This document shows, one piece after another, positions 1 to 9,459 of a stretch of DNA of 64,000 bases. Source of the stretch: a virus (taxonomy: Duplodnaviria; Caudoviricetes). The stretch is taken from positions 1,414 to 65,413 of IMG/VR virus record IMGVR_UViG_3300048930_000991. The stretch is one strand, 5' to 3'. The position numbers and the translations under genes were made by a program. The notes beneath the pieces were generated by a model. It was not told where the DNA came from and made no database searches. It was given only the letters and a program-made list of their open reading frames with translations. Numbering within the stretch: position 1 is the first letter of the stretch; every line of letters starts with the position of its first letter.

Positions 1-2
1 TC

Positions 3-134
3 TCGGATCTCAAGCGGCAGGTACGCAAGGCCGCGCCGATCATCACTCCGCCCGCGGCGGAAGGCCCGGACGGCTTCGTAACCCGTTTCGCAGAGATCGT
101 GACAAACGCATGCCTGAGAATCCTTGGGGAATAG
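3..134 (+). CDS. 3' end of an upstream gene (partial; possibly HipA-like)
   Basis: Open frame from the window edge (SDLKRQVRK...EIVTNACLRILGE) ending at TAG 132-134 and overlapping the start of the XRE gene; identity inferred only from context. Confidence 0.35.
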   Translation, partial: SDLKRQVRKAAPIITPPAAEGPDGFVTRFAEIVTNACLRILGE

Positions 135-1123
135 CGCCGTTGAACTGGCGAGCGCTGGTCGACGAGGCCATGCGGCGACGAAAGGCCGAGAAGCTTACTC
201 AGCGGGAGCACGCCGCGCTGGCGAGCGTCAGCGTTCCGACAATGGCAGCCTTCGAGCGCGGAGAAACGACGCTCACCTTGTCCAAGGCGTTCGACATCTT
301 GCGCGTCGTCGGTCTGGTAGACGAGCAGACCGAGCAGGGAGCGCAGGAAGCATTTGTGCGCGAAGCATTCGAGCGTTGGCGCAGGCTGACGGAAGGGCTG
401 CCGAAAGACTCGCCCGGGCGGTTCCCGCATGGCTGGTATCGATTCGATTACTGCGTCGAAGGCGATTTGAAAACGCTCAGCCTCACAGCCTTCGAGGAAA
501 TCCTCGACAAGGCGGTGACGAGGCATACGGGGTGGCCAGTGTTCTGGGTTCCGCAGAGGCCCGAGATCGCGCCGCGCGAAGTGGACGGCACGATTGAGTG
601 CTGGCTTGCCCCTGAAGGGCATGAGGGCATTGAACGTGGCTTCAGTGATGCAGCCCACAGCGATTTCTGGCGCGCGGCGCCGAGCGGCCGGCTCTTCCTT
701 ATCCGTGGATACCAAGAAGACAGCCAGGAGACGTTCTCGCCAGGCACAATCATGGATACGACGCTGCCCATATGGCGCATGGGCGAGGCACTGCTGCATG
801 CCGAGAAATTCGGCGCGCTCATGCGGGGGAATGACCGCGCACCGCTGACGATCCGCTTCAGAGCGTTATACTCCGGGCTAGGCGGCCGCGTACTGCGCTC
901 TTGGGCAAACCCCTTGGCCGATCTCCTGATCGAGGGGCATGCCGCTCGGAGTGATGAGGCAATGCTTGAGACTGCCATCCCTGCCCAGGGCGTCACTGCT
1001 CGTCTGGCTGAGCACCTCTTTCCACTGGTCTCCTCGCTCTACGAACGCTTCGGCGTTGTTGGTCTTTCTGAGAGCCGAGTAAAGGCCGAAGTCGATCGGC
1101 TGCTCAACAGTCGTTCTCGCTGA
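110..1123 (+). CDS. XRE-family HTH protein fused to a ~260 aa C-terminal domain of unknown function
   Basis: N-terminal RRKAEKLTQREHAALASVSVPTMAAFERGE is a HipB/XRE-type HTH; long globular C-terminal region. Confidence 0.8.
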   Translation: MPENPWGIAPLNWRALVDEAMRRRKAEKLTQREHAALASVSVPTMAAFERGETTLTLSKAFDILRVVGLVDEQTEQGAQEAFVREAFERWRRLTEGLPKDSPGRFPHGWYRFDYCVEGDLKTLSLTAFEEILDKAVTRHTGWPVFWVPQRPEIAPREVDGTIECWLAPEGHEGIERGFSDAAHSDFWRAAPSGRLFLIRGYQEDSQETFSPGTIMDTTLPIWRMGEALLHAEKFGALMRGNDRAPLTIRFRALYSGLGGRVLRSWANPLADLLIEGHAARSDEAMLETAIPAQGVTARLAEHLFPLVSSLYERFGVVGLSESRVKAEVDRLLNSRSR

Positions 1124-1147
1124 GGCCTACTGCCGAAGGGCCGGCCA

Positions 1148-1549
1148 TCACTCGGTACTCTCTGGGCCGACATTGGAGCCCGGCTCATCCAGCGCCGACA
1201 AGGCCTGCCGGAGATAGACCCTGACTGCGTCCAGATCCGGCGAAGGCTCAAAGCGATCACGCTGCGCGAGGCGCAGCACAGCGAGGAAGACGGCATCGGA
1301 CCCGGCCATCAGGGCGATGAGGTGTTCACCGCGCGGGCCACGCTTTCCGCCGATCCATCCCTTCACAGCGCGTTCGCTGGCGCCCGTCCAGCGCATGATG
1401 GTCTTCGCTGAGGCGCCGTCCGAGGTCATTTCGCATCGCAGCGCGTCGGCGATCGCGCGCGCATAGCCGACCGGCGGCTGCGAAGCCATGTCGGAGAAGG
1501 GCAACTTCTTGCCCTTCGAGTGCAACAAGTTGCCCTTCTTCGTCCGCAC
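1148..1549 (-). CDS. Small HTH-like protein divergent from the serine recombinase
   Basis: KTIMRWTGASERAVKGWIGG is an HTH-like motif; start re-called at GTG 1549 (uncertain). Confidence 0.6.
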   Translation of the reverse strand: MRTKKGNLLHSKGKKLPFSDMASQPPVGYARAIADALRCEMTSDGASAKTIMRWTGASERAVKGWIGGKRGPRGEHLIALMAGSDAVFLAVLRLAQRDRFEPSPDLDAVRVYLRQALSALDEPGSNVGPESTE

Positions 1550-1656
1550 AGCACATTCCACTCCCGATATCATGAGAGTGAAGGTGCAATGCGCTCGACC
1601 GCCCCGCCCGGCATGTCGCGACGTGACGATGCTGCTGCGTTCCTTCCCGAAGGACT

Positions 1657-3249
1657 GTGCGAAGGGGACGTACCGTGGTCGATGCAGCAGCAACCGGCGC
1701 AGGGGGAGGACTCGATCAGACACCCCCACGCACCAGGGCTGCCGAGTACGTGCGGATGTCCACCGACCATCAGCGCTACTCGACCGAGAACCAGGCGGAT
1801 GAGATCCGCGAGTACGCGGCGCGGAACGGCATCGAGATCGTTCGCACATATGCCGATCACGGCAAGAGCGGGCTGAGCATCGCGGGGCGTGACGCGATGA
1901 AGCAAATGCTCGCCGATGTTGAGGCCGGGCAGGCCGACTTCACCCTGATCCTCGTGTACGACGTCAGCCGCTGGGGGCGTTTCCAGGACACGGACGAAAG
2001 TGCCTACTACGAGTACAAGTGCAAGAAGGCCGGGGTCCGCGTGATCTACTGCGCGGAGCCATTCGAGAATGATGGCAGCATCGCTTCCGAGCTCCTGAAG
2101 AGCATCAAGCGTACCATGTCAGGGGAGTACAGTCGGCAACTCGGGAACAAGGTGTTCAAGGGTCAGTGCCGCCTCATCGAGTTGGGCTTTCGGCAGGGCG
2201 GCTCGGCGGGCTTCGGGCTGCGCCGATTCCTGATCGATGGCGCCGGAGCGCCGAAGGGCGAACTCACTCGCGGCCAACACAAGAGCATCCAGACCGACCG
2301 CGTCGTACTGACGCTCGGGCCTATCGATGAGGTCGAGACCGTCCGCTGGATCTACTGCAGCTTCGTGGAGGACGGCCAGAACGAGGAGGCGATCGCGCGC
2401 CTGCTGAACGAGCGCGGGATCCTGAACGATGTCGGCAACCCCTGGTCTCGAGGGAATGTCCACCAAGTCCTGATCAACGAGAAATACGTCGGCGACAATG
2501 TGTGGAATCGCGTCTCAGCGAAACTCACTGAGCGACGGCGCAAGAACACGCCCGATGAGTGGATCCGGCGCGATGGCGCCTTTCCTGCCGCGGTGGACCG
2601 GCTGCTCTTCGATGCGGCGCAGGTCATCATCCAGGAACGCTCGCGCAAGCTCACGGACGACGACATGCTGGAAGCCCTTCGTCGGGTGCTCGCGACGCAT
2701 GGGCGTCTAACCGGAATCCTGATCGACGAGGCCGATGACACGCCGTCGAGCAGCGCTTACGCGCAGCGCTTCAAGAGCCTGCTGAGGGCGTACCAGCTGA
2801 TTGGCTACACGCCAGAGCGCGATTTCGCCTTTCTGGATGCCAATCGCGCGGTGCGTGAGATGCATCCATCCGTGATGGCGGGGGTCATGGCCGGCCTGGA
2901 GCGTGCGGGGGGCACGGTTGTGCGCGATCCCGAAACCGACCTACTCACGATCAATGACGAGTTCACGGCGGCCGTTGTGATCTCGCGATGTCGGGTGGCT
3001 GCAAGCGGAATGCGGCGCTGGCTCATCCGGTTGGATGAGGGCCTCACCCCAGACATCACGGTGGCCGTTCGGCTGGAGCCGGGCGAGACGACGACGCTCG
3101 ATTACTACCTGCTGCCCTGGATCGACCTGCAGCTTGCGTCGCTGCGCCTGCGGCAGGCCAACGGCTTCGGCCTGGACGCCTTCCGGTTCGACACGCTGGA
3201 GCCGTTCTTCGACCTGGCAGCACGGGCTCCGATCAGGGGAGTGGGATGA
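1657..3249 (+). CDS. Large serine recombinase (resolvase + recombinase domains)
   Basis: AAEYVRMST catalytic Ser motif, YDVSRWGR motif, recombinase-domain LINEKYVG. Confidence 0.92.
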   Translation: MRRGRTVVDAAATGAGGGLDQTPPRTRAAEYVRMSTDHQRYSTENQADEIREYAARNGIEIVRTYADHGKSGLSIAGRDAMKQMLADVEAGQADFTLILVYDVSRWGRFQDTDESAYYEYKCKKAGVRVIYCAEPFENDGSIASELLKSIKRTMSGEYSRQLGNKVFKGQCRLIELGFRQGGSAGFGLRRFLIDGAGAPKGELTRGQHKSIQTDRVVLTLGPIDEVETVRWIYCSFVEDGQNEEAIARLLNERGILNDVGNPWSRGNVHQVLINEKYVGDNVWNRVSAKLTERRRKNTPDEWIRRDGAFPAAVDRLLFDAAQVIIQERSRKLTDDDMLEALRRVLATHGRLTGILIDEADDTPSSSAYAQRFKSLLRAYQLIGYTPERDFAFLDANRAVREMHPSVMAGVMAGLERAGGTVVRDPETDLLTINDEFTAAVVISRCRVAASGMRRWLIRLDEGLTPDITVAVRLEPGETTTLDYYLLPWIDLQLASLRLRQANGFGLDAFRFDTLEPFFDLAARAPIRGVG

Positions 3250-4142
3250 TGACCGAGCGAGACACCAGGAGCGAGGCGCAGGCCATCCCTGTCGACCTCA
3301 TTCACATCTCCAACCCGCGGGCACGTAGCCCTCGCGCCTTCGACGAACTCGTCGCCAGCATCGCCTCAGTCGGTCTGAAGCGGCCGATCACAGTCGCGGC
3401 GCGGTCCTCCACCGAGGGGAGTCGGTATGACCTCGTCTGCGGCCAAGGGCGTCTCGAAGCCTTCAGAGAGTTGGGCCAGACGACAATTCCGGCGGTGATT
3501 GTCGAGGCCGACCCGGAGCAGCTGCAAATCATGAGCCTGGTGGAGAACCTGGCACGGCGCCAACACCATGCCCTTGACCTTCTCCATGACATCCAGGGCA
3601 TGCGCGAGCGCGGGCATTCCGAAGCCGACATCGCCCGGAAGACAGGATTAACCGGGGAGTATGTTCGCGGCGTCCTCCGCCTGATCACGAAAAGCGAGAC
3701 GCGCCTGCTCACCGCGGTGGAGAAGGGAACCATCCCTGTCAGCATCGCCGTCGATATTGCCCTGGCCGCCGATACCGATACCCAACGCGTGCTGCAGGAA
3801 GCCTACGAGAAGAACTTGCTGCGCGGCCACAAGCTCATGGCCGCCAAGCGCCTCGTTGAGCAGCGTCGCAGGAAGCGAGGTTACGAAGGAGAGCGCGATC
3901 GCGGGGCACGCGCACGCCCACTGTCGCTCAACGCGCTGGTACGAACCTACCAGCAGGACACCGAAAAGAAGCGCCTTCTCGTTCGCCGAGCCCAGGCGAC
4001 GCGCGATCGGCTTGTCTTCGTCCTTGAGGCGCTCCGCGCCCTCATGGCTGACGCAAGCTTCGCCGGGCTGCTTGCGGCTGAGCGCATCGACACCTTGCCA
4101 CGCAGCCTGAGCGAGCGCCTCCGTGCGCGGGAGGGCGCATGA
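3246..4142 (+). CDS. ParB/RepB/Spo0J-family protein
   Basis: SIASVGLKRPITV, LVCGQGRL and SLVENLAR ParB-N motifs followed by an HTH; overlaps the recombinase stop. Confidence 0.88.
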   Translation: MMTERDTRSEAQAIPVDLIHISNPRARSPRAFDELVASIASVGLKRPITVAARSSTEGSRYDLVCGQGRLEAFRELGQTTIPAVIVEADPEQLQIMSLVENLARRQHHALDLLHDIQGMRERGHSEADIARKTGLTGEYVRGVLRLITKSETRLLTAVEKGTIPVSIAVDIALAADTDTQRVLQEAYEKNLLRGHKLMAAKRLVEQRRRKRGYEGERDRGARARPLSLNALVRTYQQDTEKKRLLVRRAQATRDRLVFVLEALRALMADASFAGLLAAERIDTLPRSLSERLRAREGA

Positions 4143-5041
4143 TGGCGAAGTCCCCGCAAGGCCAAGCGGTTCATGCGTGCTTCGAGCAGAAGCTCGTCTC
4201 GCTCCCGATCAGCCAGATCGACTTCCTGCGACCCGTTGCGCCAAAGGTGCGCCGATCCGCGAAGTATGCGCGCATCGCGGCGTCGATTGCCGAAGTCGGA
4301 ATCATCGAGCCGCCGGTCGTTGCACGATGCTCGCCGGACAACGATCGGTACCTTCTGTTGGATGGGCACCTCCGCGTTGATGTCCTCGCATCTCGCGGAG
4401 CGGAGAACGTCGCTTGCCTGTTGGCCACTGACGATGAAGCCTTCACCTACAACAAGCGGATCAGCCGCCTCGCGGCCGTGCAGGAACACCGCATGATCCT
4501 GAAGGCGATCGAGGACGGCGCATCGGAGCAGCGCATCGCACGCGCACTGAACATCGACGTGCAGACGCTTCGGGCAAAGAAGCGCATGCTGGCCGGTGTG
4601 TGTCCAGAAGCAGTAGACCTGTTGAAGGACCGCTCTATCGCGGAGGGCCTGTTTCGCGTCCTGAAACGAATGCAGCCGTTGCGCCAGATCGAGGCAGTGG
4701 AGCTCATGATCGCGATGGACCGCTTCACGATCACCTATGCCGAAGCATTGCTGGCGGCCACACCGCAGAACCAACTCGTGGCCGACGACCAACCAAAGCA
4801 GGTTCGCGGCCTGACGCCCGAGCAGATGGCGCTGATGGAGCGCGAAAGCAGCCAGCTCGAGCGGGAACTGCGGGTTGCTGAGCGGAGCTATGGCCCGGAC
4901 CATATGCATCTCGTCGTCGCACGCGGCTATCTCGGCAGGCTGCTCGGGAACGCCCGCGTGGTTCGATACCTTGCCCAGCAGCACCCAGAGTTCCTCGCAG
5001 AGTTTCAGCGGATCATCGAGGGCGACACAGCAGCAGCATGA
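4139..5041 (+). CDS. Second ParB-N / RepB-like partition protein
   Basis: SIAEVGIIEPPVV and LLLDGHLR ParB-like motifs; ATGA coupling to the previous gene. Confidence 0.85.
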   Translation: MMAKSPQGQAVHACFEQKLVSLPISQIDFLRPVAPKVRRSAKYARIAASIAEVGIIEPPVVARCSPDNDRYLLLDGHLRVDVLASRGAENVACLLATDDEAFTYNKRISRLAAVQEHRMILKAIEDGASEQRIARALNIDVQTLRAKKRMLAGVCPEAVDLLKDRSIAEGLFRVLKRMQPLRQIEAVELMIAMDRFTITYAEALLAATPQNQLVADDQPKQVRGLTPEQMALMERESSQLERELRVAERSYGPDHMHLVVARGYLGRLLGNARVVRYLAQQHPEFLAEFQRIIEGDTAAA

Positions 5042-5335
5042 CACCCGGTGGGCCGGGCGGGGCTGGCCATTGAGATGGGGACCCGGACCCGAAAGCGCGG
5101 GGACCGCCGGAGACGCCGCACGGTGAGGCGGATCGAGGGCGGTGGTGGAGATGGCGGCGAACCCGCTGGTGCCCACCAGGCCGGCCGCCATGGGACCGGC
5201 CGAACAGTGGAAGCGTGCCCGGCACAGCGACAGCGCCGGGCACGCCTTCCGCCGAGCGCGCATTGGGCCATCACCGCGCTGATGCCCCGTTCCATTGGAT
5301 CATCTCCATTGGCGTTGACGCAGGAGACGACAGCG

Positions 5336-5569
5336 ATGCCTGGCATAGAAGACGATCCTCGGTTTCCTCGCGGCCCGATTGGCCCTGAAGAGCGGGAGGA
5401 ATTCATTCGCCTGATGGAGGCACTTGGTGACGATGGGCGCGCAACGGTGATGGCTCTCGCCAGGCACTATGCTCGACAGAGGGGCATGGCTTGGGTGGAC
5501 GCCGTGCCCGCCATGAAGCCGCAACGCAAGCGGCTCGGTCGTGGGGGCTGCTCGCGACGCCGCACATGA
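5336..5569 (+). CDS. Small hypothetical protein (77 aa)
   Basis: AGGAG RBS upstream of ATG 5336; helical sequence EEREEFIRLMEALGDDGRATVMALARHY. Confidence 0.5.
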   Translation: MPGIEDDPRFPRGPIGPEEREEFIRLMEALGDDGRATVMALARHYARQRGMAWVDAVPAMKPQRKRLGRGGCSRRRT

Positions 5570-5593
5570 TCGTCGACGATGTGCGCTGATCGG

Positions 5594-7420
5594 TCACGGT
5601 ACTCTGCGCTTGCGCGCGGCCACGGAGAGTGTCACCGCCCCGAGATCGAAGGTGGCGGCGGAGATGTTCCTGGCCATGACGCGCACCGTGTTGTTGGACC
5701 ACGCCGCGGCATCGAGTTCGATGAATCGCGTCGACGACGCCAGCGCCGCATGGGCAAGGTCCCCCTGCCGCGCACCGGGAACGGTGACATCCAGCAAGCT
5801 GGTCGCCCCCGGCGCCAGTGACGGCAGGTCCCACGCAACATCTGCAGCGAACTCCCGCTGCCCGATGGGCAGGGCGGGCGTGCCGCAGAGCAGCGCCGGT
5901 GCGGCCTCTGGCAGGCCATACAGGCGCAGCGCCTCGACCTCGATCTGCCCGTCGAAGCCGACGATGCCGATCTGCGCGAAGGCAACGCCGGGTCCGAGCC
6001 GTACCGTCATGCGCTTGTTTAGTGAGGCGTCGGCCATGGCCGCACCGCCGGTCCAGGCTTGGGACGGGATGTTCCACAGCAGTGTGGTGATCGAGGCCAG
6101 CGCATCGCCGGCGACATTCTCCCGCACATTCATCGCCGCATCGAAGCAGCGCACGAAGATCCGCCCGCCGTCCGCCCCGTCGACCAGGGAGTGCACCAGG
6201 GCGAACTCCTTCGCCTGGCTGCACTCCACCACGAAAGCCAACCCCCGCTGCGCCTCAAGCAGCAGCCCGCGGGCGGTCGGCGTGATGTCGTCCAGCCCGT
6301 TGAAGGACAACCCAGCGAGCGTGGTGGCGCTGGTGGTCGAGGTGGCGACCACCGCCAGCCCCTCCACGCCGATCTCGGTCGCGCTGTGGCGGAAGGCCTG
6401 GGCCCGGACATTCGGCACGGCCCCCAGCAGCCGCAGATGTCGCGACGCCGGGGCGCGATGGCGGTTGAGCACGGTGTTGCCGCAGCGGGTGGCGGTCGCG
6501 GTGTAGTCGATGCCAACCTGATAGGTGTTGGACCAGGCCACCTCGTACTCGCAGTCCTGCGCCGCGGCGGCGTGCCGGGCGACGATCGGCGAGCAGGCTT
6601 CCATGCGCAGCGCCCGGCCGATGACCGCCGAGCCACTGGTCTCGTTGAGGAAAGGGATCGCCACATTCGGATCGAGCTGGCGCAGCTCGAAGTTCGGCGC
6701 GTCGAAGACGTGCCGGTTGTGGTTGTTGTAGGCACCCTCCGCCTTGGACAGCCGGATCCCGAAGCGATCAAGGCTGGGATTAATCCCCGTCGCGATGGCG
6801 AAGTGCCCGCCATAATAGCGGATGGAGGTGTTCCAGGCGGTGGCGGTGGCGCAGCGGATATCGAGGCCGATGCGGTTGTTGAGGATGCGGCCGAGATGGA
6901 AGGTGCTGTCCTCGACGCCGCGGCCGTCACCCAGGGTGCGCATGCCGATGGTGAAGCCGGAGACGAGGCGGATCTCGACCACCGAGGCGTCGATGTTGCG
7001 CACCAGGATGCCGATGTCGGCCTCATCGAGCCAGTCGGACTGGGTCTGCCGGATCACCTGCAGCCCGGCATAGTGCTTCTCGCCATTGCGGACGGTGCCG
7101 CCATCGCCAAGGGTCAGCACGGTGGCCGGGCCAGTGCCGGTGTAGCGGATGATGCCGTGCATGAGCAGCCCACGGGCGCCACCGCCGAGGACCACACCGG
7201 CAGAGACGTTCCAGGTGCCGGGCGGGATGACCGCGAACTTCTGGTCCGCCGCGGCGCGATCGAAGGCCGCCTGGATGGCAGCGCGATCGTCGGCGACGCC
7301 GTCGCCCAGGCCGCCGAAGTCGGCGGGCAGCACGGTCTCGCGGTCGCGCAGGTACTTGGCGAGATCGGTCTTGCTGACCGCGGTGTCGAGCACCAGCAGG
7401 TCGTCGATGCGGGCGGGCAT
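5594..7420 (-). CDS. Tail spike / beta-helix polysaccharide depolymerase (pectate-lyase-3-like N-terminus)
   Basis: DFGGLGDGVADDRAAIQAAFD...IPPGTW motif; last gene of the tail operon; start re-called at ATG 7420. Confidence 0.75.
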   Translation of the reverse strand: MPARIDDLLVLDTAVSKTDLAKYLRDRETVLPADFGGLGDGVADDRAAIQAAFDRAAADQKFAVIPPGTWNVSAGVVLGGGARGLLMHGIIRYTGTGPATVLTLGDGGTVRNGEKHYAGLQVIRQTQSDWLDEADIGILVRNIDASVVEIRLVSGFTIGMRTLGDGRGVEDSTFHLGRILNNRIGLDIRCATATAWNTSIRYYGGHFAIATGINPSLDRFGIRLSKAEGAYNNHNRHVFDAPNFELRQLDPNVAIPFLNETSGSAVIGRALRMEACSPIVARHAAAAQDCEYEVAWSNTYQVGIDYTATATRCGNTVLNRHRAPASRHLRLLGAVPNVRAQAFRHSATEIGVEGLAVVATSTTSATTLAGLSFNGLDDITPTARGLLLEAQRGLAFVVECSQAKEFALVHSLVDGADGGRIFVRCFDAAMNVRENVAGDALASITTLLWNIPSQAWTGGAAMADASLNKRMTVRLGPGVAFAQIGIVGFDGQIEVEALRLYGLPEAAPALLCGTPALPIGQREFAADVAWDLPSLAPGATSLLDVTVPGARQGDLAHAALASSTRFIELDAAAWSNNTVRVMARNISAATFDLGAVTLSVAARKRRVP

Positions 7421-7431
7421 GATGGATTTCC

Positions 7432-9438
7432 CTACAGCGCGGTCGCTGTCACCGGCCCGACGAAGGCAGAGACGTTGCCCTCGGCCGAGACGGCGCGCAG
7501 CCAATACCAACGGGTGTCGCCGACGGTCAGGCCGGTGCGGTCCCAGAAGAGACTGGTCGGCTCCTCGGGCAGCTTGACCGCCGCGGCGAGGCTGCTGGAA
7601 CTGGCCTCGAACACCTGCAGCCGGACGGCGTCGGGCGGGAAGCCGCCGGAGAGGCGGATGCCGCCGGCGATGCCGGTGGCGGTGGGCGCCGCCACCGCGG
7701 CCGGGACCAGCGCCTGCCGCCAGCCCGACACCGCCCCACTGCGCGCCACCGCGCGCACCCGGAAGCCGGTCGGCTCGGCGGTGGGGATGGCGGCCGCGGT
7801 GGCGCCCAGGGACCCGCCGTAGCCCTGCCAGGCCGCCACCGAGGCGGGCAGGAACTCGACCTGGTAGCCAGCGAGGTGCGAGGAGCCGACCGCGGCCCAG
7901 GACAGGGAGAGCACGGCAAAGGCCGTCGTCTGCGGCGTCTCCACCGCGATGCCGGCGGGCGTGGCGATGACGCCGGGGTTGGGCAGCACCACGGCGGGAT
8001 TCGATCCGGTGGCGCGCTCATCGACCGCCGGGTTCCAGTCCCACACCGCGGCATCCTCCTCCTCCAGGGTAAGGTCGACACCGCCCTCGGCCGCCAGCGA
8101 CCAGGCGGTGACCCGCGCCGGGAAGGGCGTGAGCCGGTCGAGGGCGACCGTTGCAGCCTCCCAGGGCCGCAGCCGCAGCGCCGAGAGGTTGGCGGGGAAG
8201 GCGACGGTGCGTTGGCGGCGGTTGCGCTCCAACTCGACCTTCATCAGCCGCTGCACGGTGGCGACCGAGGTGGTGAGCGGGAATTCGAGGTCGCGATAGA
8301 TCATCTCGCCGCCATCCTGGGCGACGTAGTTGCTCGCCAGCAGCGGCGGGGCGTCGGTCGGCTGCCAGTTGGCGGCCGGCTCGACATAGACGGCGCGCAC
8401 CCCGTTGAAGAGGTCCCGCCGCGGCCGGGCGCCCTGGATGGTGACGTCGCCACGAAGGTCGTCCGAGGTCAGGGTGGCGGCCGGCAGCGCCGGCGCCCCG
8501 GCATGGATGAAGAACCGCCCGCCCGAGACCACCAGCGCGCCGGCCATGGCAGCGGCGAGCTTGCGGGTGATGGCGATCTTGCCCTCGGCGAGCGACAGCA
8601 CCCCGTTGGCGGTGTAGCGGCGCTCGTAGACCCCGGCCCTGGTACCGACCAGCTCGTCGCAGACATTCGCAGCCGCCATCAGCGCCGGGATGTCGATGTC
8701 GGCCCAGGACGCGCGCCAGCCGAAGGGCGCGGTCAGGTACCAGGCGAGCAGCAGGGCGGGGTTGTCGGTCCATCCCACCATGCCGGTGCGCGGGTCGAGG
8801 ATGGTATCGGCGCCCTCGACGAGGGCGGCGATGTTGGGCGGGCCGGCGGGGAAGGCCTCGGCGGTGAGTTTCAGCCGCACGGCGATATAGGCGCGGCCGC
8901 GGCCGCGATGCTCAGCGGTCCATTGGCCACCGGTCTCGGCGATCAGGTTGGCGTCGGCCGCCTGGTCTGGCTCGCCCAGGTGCCGGTCGATGCGCACCAG
9001 CCCGGCGAGCGAGCCGTCGCTCTCGCCCTTGTCGCCGAGGAACACCTCGCCGATGGCGCGGACGCGATGCGCGGCCAGCACGACCACGGAATAGAAGTAG
9101 CCGTCCGCGCGCCCCTCATCATCGGTCGCCGAGTGCAGGAAGACGATGGGGCCGGACACCTTGCAGCGGCCGAGGACGATCTGGTGCTCGGTGACTGGCT
9201 GGCGGAAGGCCTGGGTGCGGCCGGCACCGGGCTGGCCGGCATCGAAGCCGGCGATCGCCGCGGCCTGCGGGCTGAGGCTGGCCTGCTTTTTCTGCTTCTG
9301 GGGAAAGACCGACTGGCCGATGGCGGAGACGATGAAGGCGGCGCCGGCGCCGACCACGGCACCGATGATGCCACCACCGACCGCCGCCGAGGCGATGCCG
9401 GCGGCGGCGACGGCGATGAGGGGGACAGCGGCAGGCAT
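7432..9438 (-). CDS. Tail tip / central fibre hub protein (gpJ-like)
   Basis: G/A-rich N-terminus, NPALLLAWYL, FNGVRAVY, FN3-like C-terminus RWYWLRAVS; position in the tail operon. Confidence 0.85.
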   Translation of the reverse strand: MPAAVPLIAVAAAGIASAAVGGGIIGAVVGAGAAFIVSAIGQSVFPQKQKKQASLSPQAAAIAGFDAGQPGAGRTQAFRQPVTEHQIVLGRCKVSGPIVFLHSATDDEGRADGYFYSVVVLAAHRVRAIGEVFLGDKGESDGSLAGLVRIDRHLGEPDQAADANLIAETGGQWTAEHRGRGRAYIAVRLKLTAEAFPAGPPNIAALVEGADTILDPRTGMVGWTDNPALLLAWYLTAPFGWRASWADIDIPALMAAANVCDELVGTRAGVYERRYTANGVLSLAEGKIAITRKLAAAMAGALVVSGGRFFIHAGAPALPAATLTSDDLRGDVTIQGARPRRDLFNGVRAVYVEPAANWQPTDAPPLLASNYVAQDGGEMIYRDLEFPLTTSVATVQRLMKVELERNRRQRTVAFPANLSALRLRPWEAATVALDRLTPFPARVTAWSLAAEGGVDLTLEEEDAAVWDWNPAVDERATGSNPAVVLPNPGVIATPAGIAVETPQTTAFAVLSLSWAAVGSSHLAGYQVEFLPASVAAWQGYGGSLGATAAAIPTAEPTGFRVRAVARSGAVSGWRQALVPAAVAAPTATGIAGGIRLSGGFPPDAVRLQVFEASSSSLAAAVKLPEEPTSLFWDRTGLTVGDTRWYWLRAVSAEGNVSAFVGPVTATAL

Positions 9439-9459
9439 CGGGCGCGGTCCTCCGAGGCG

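Larger units (their letters stand above)
1148..5041. mobile_element. Serine recombinase + dual ParB module (part of an integrative element)
   Basis: Divergent HTH gene plus translationally coupled recombinase-parB-parB operon; element ends not identifiable. Confidence 0.5.

Noticed and set aside
5213-5245. 11-bp inverted repeat as an intrinsic terminator
   Set aside because: No U-tract on either strand and a long loop; function unsupported
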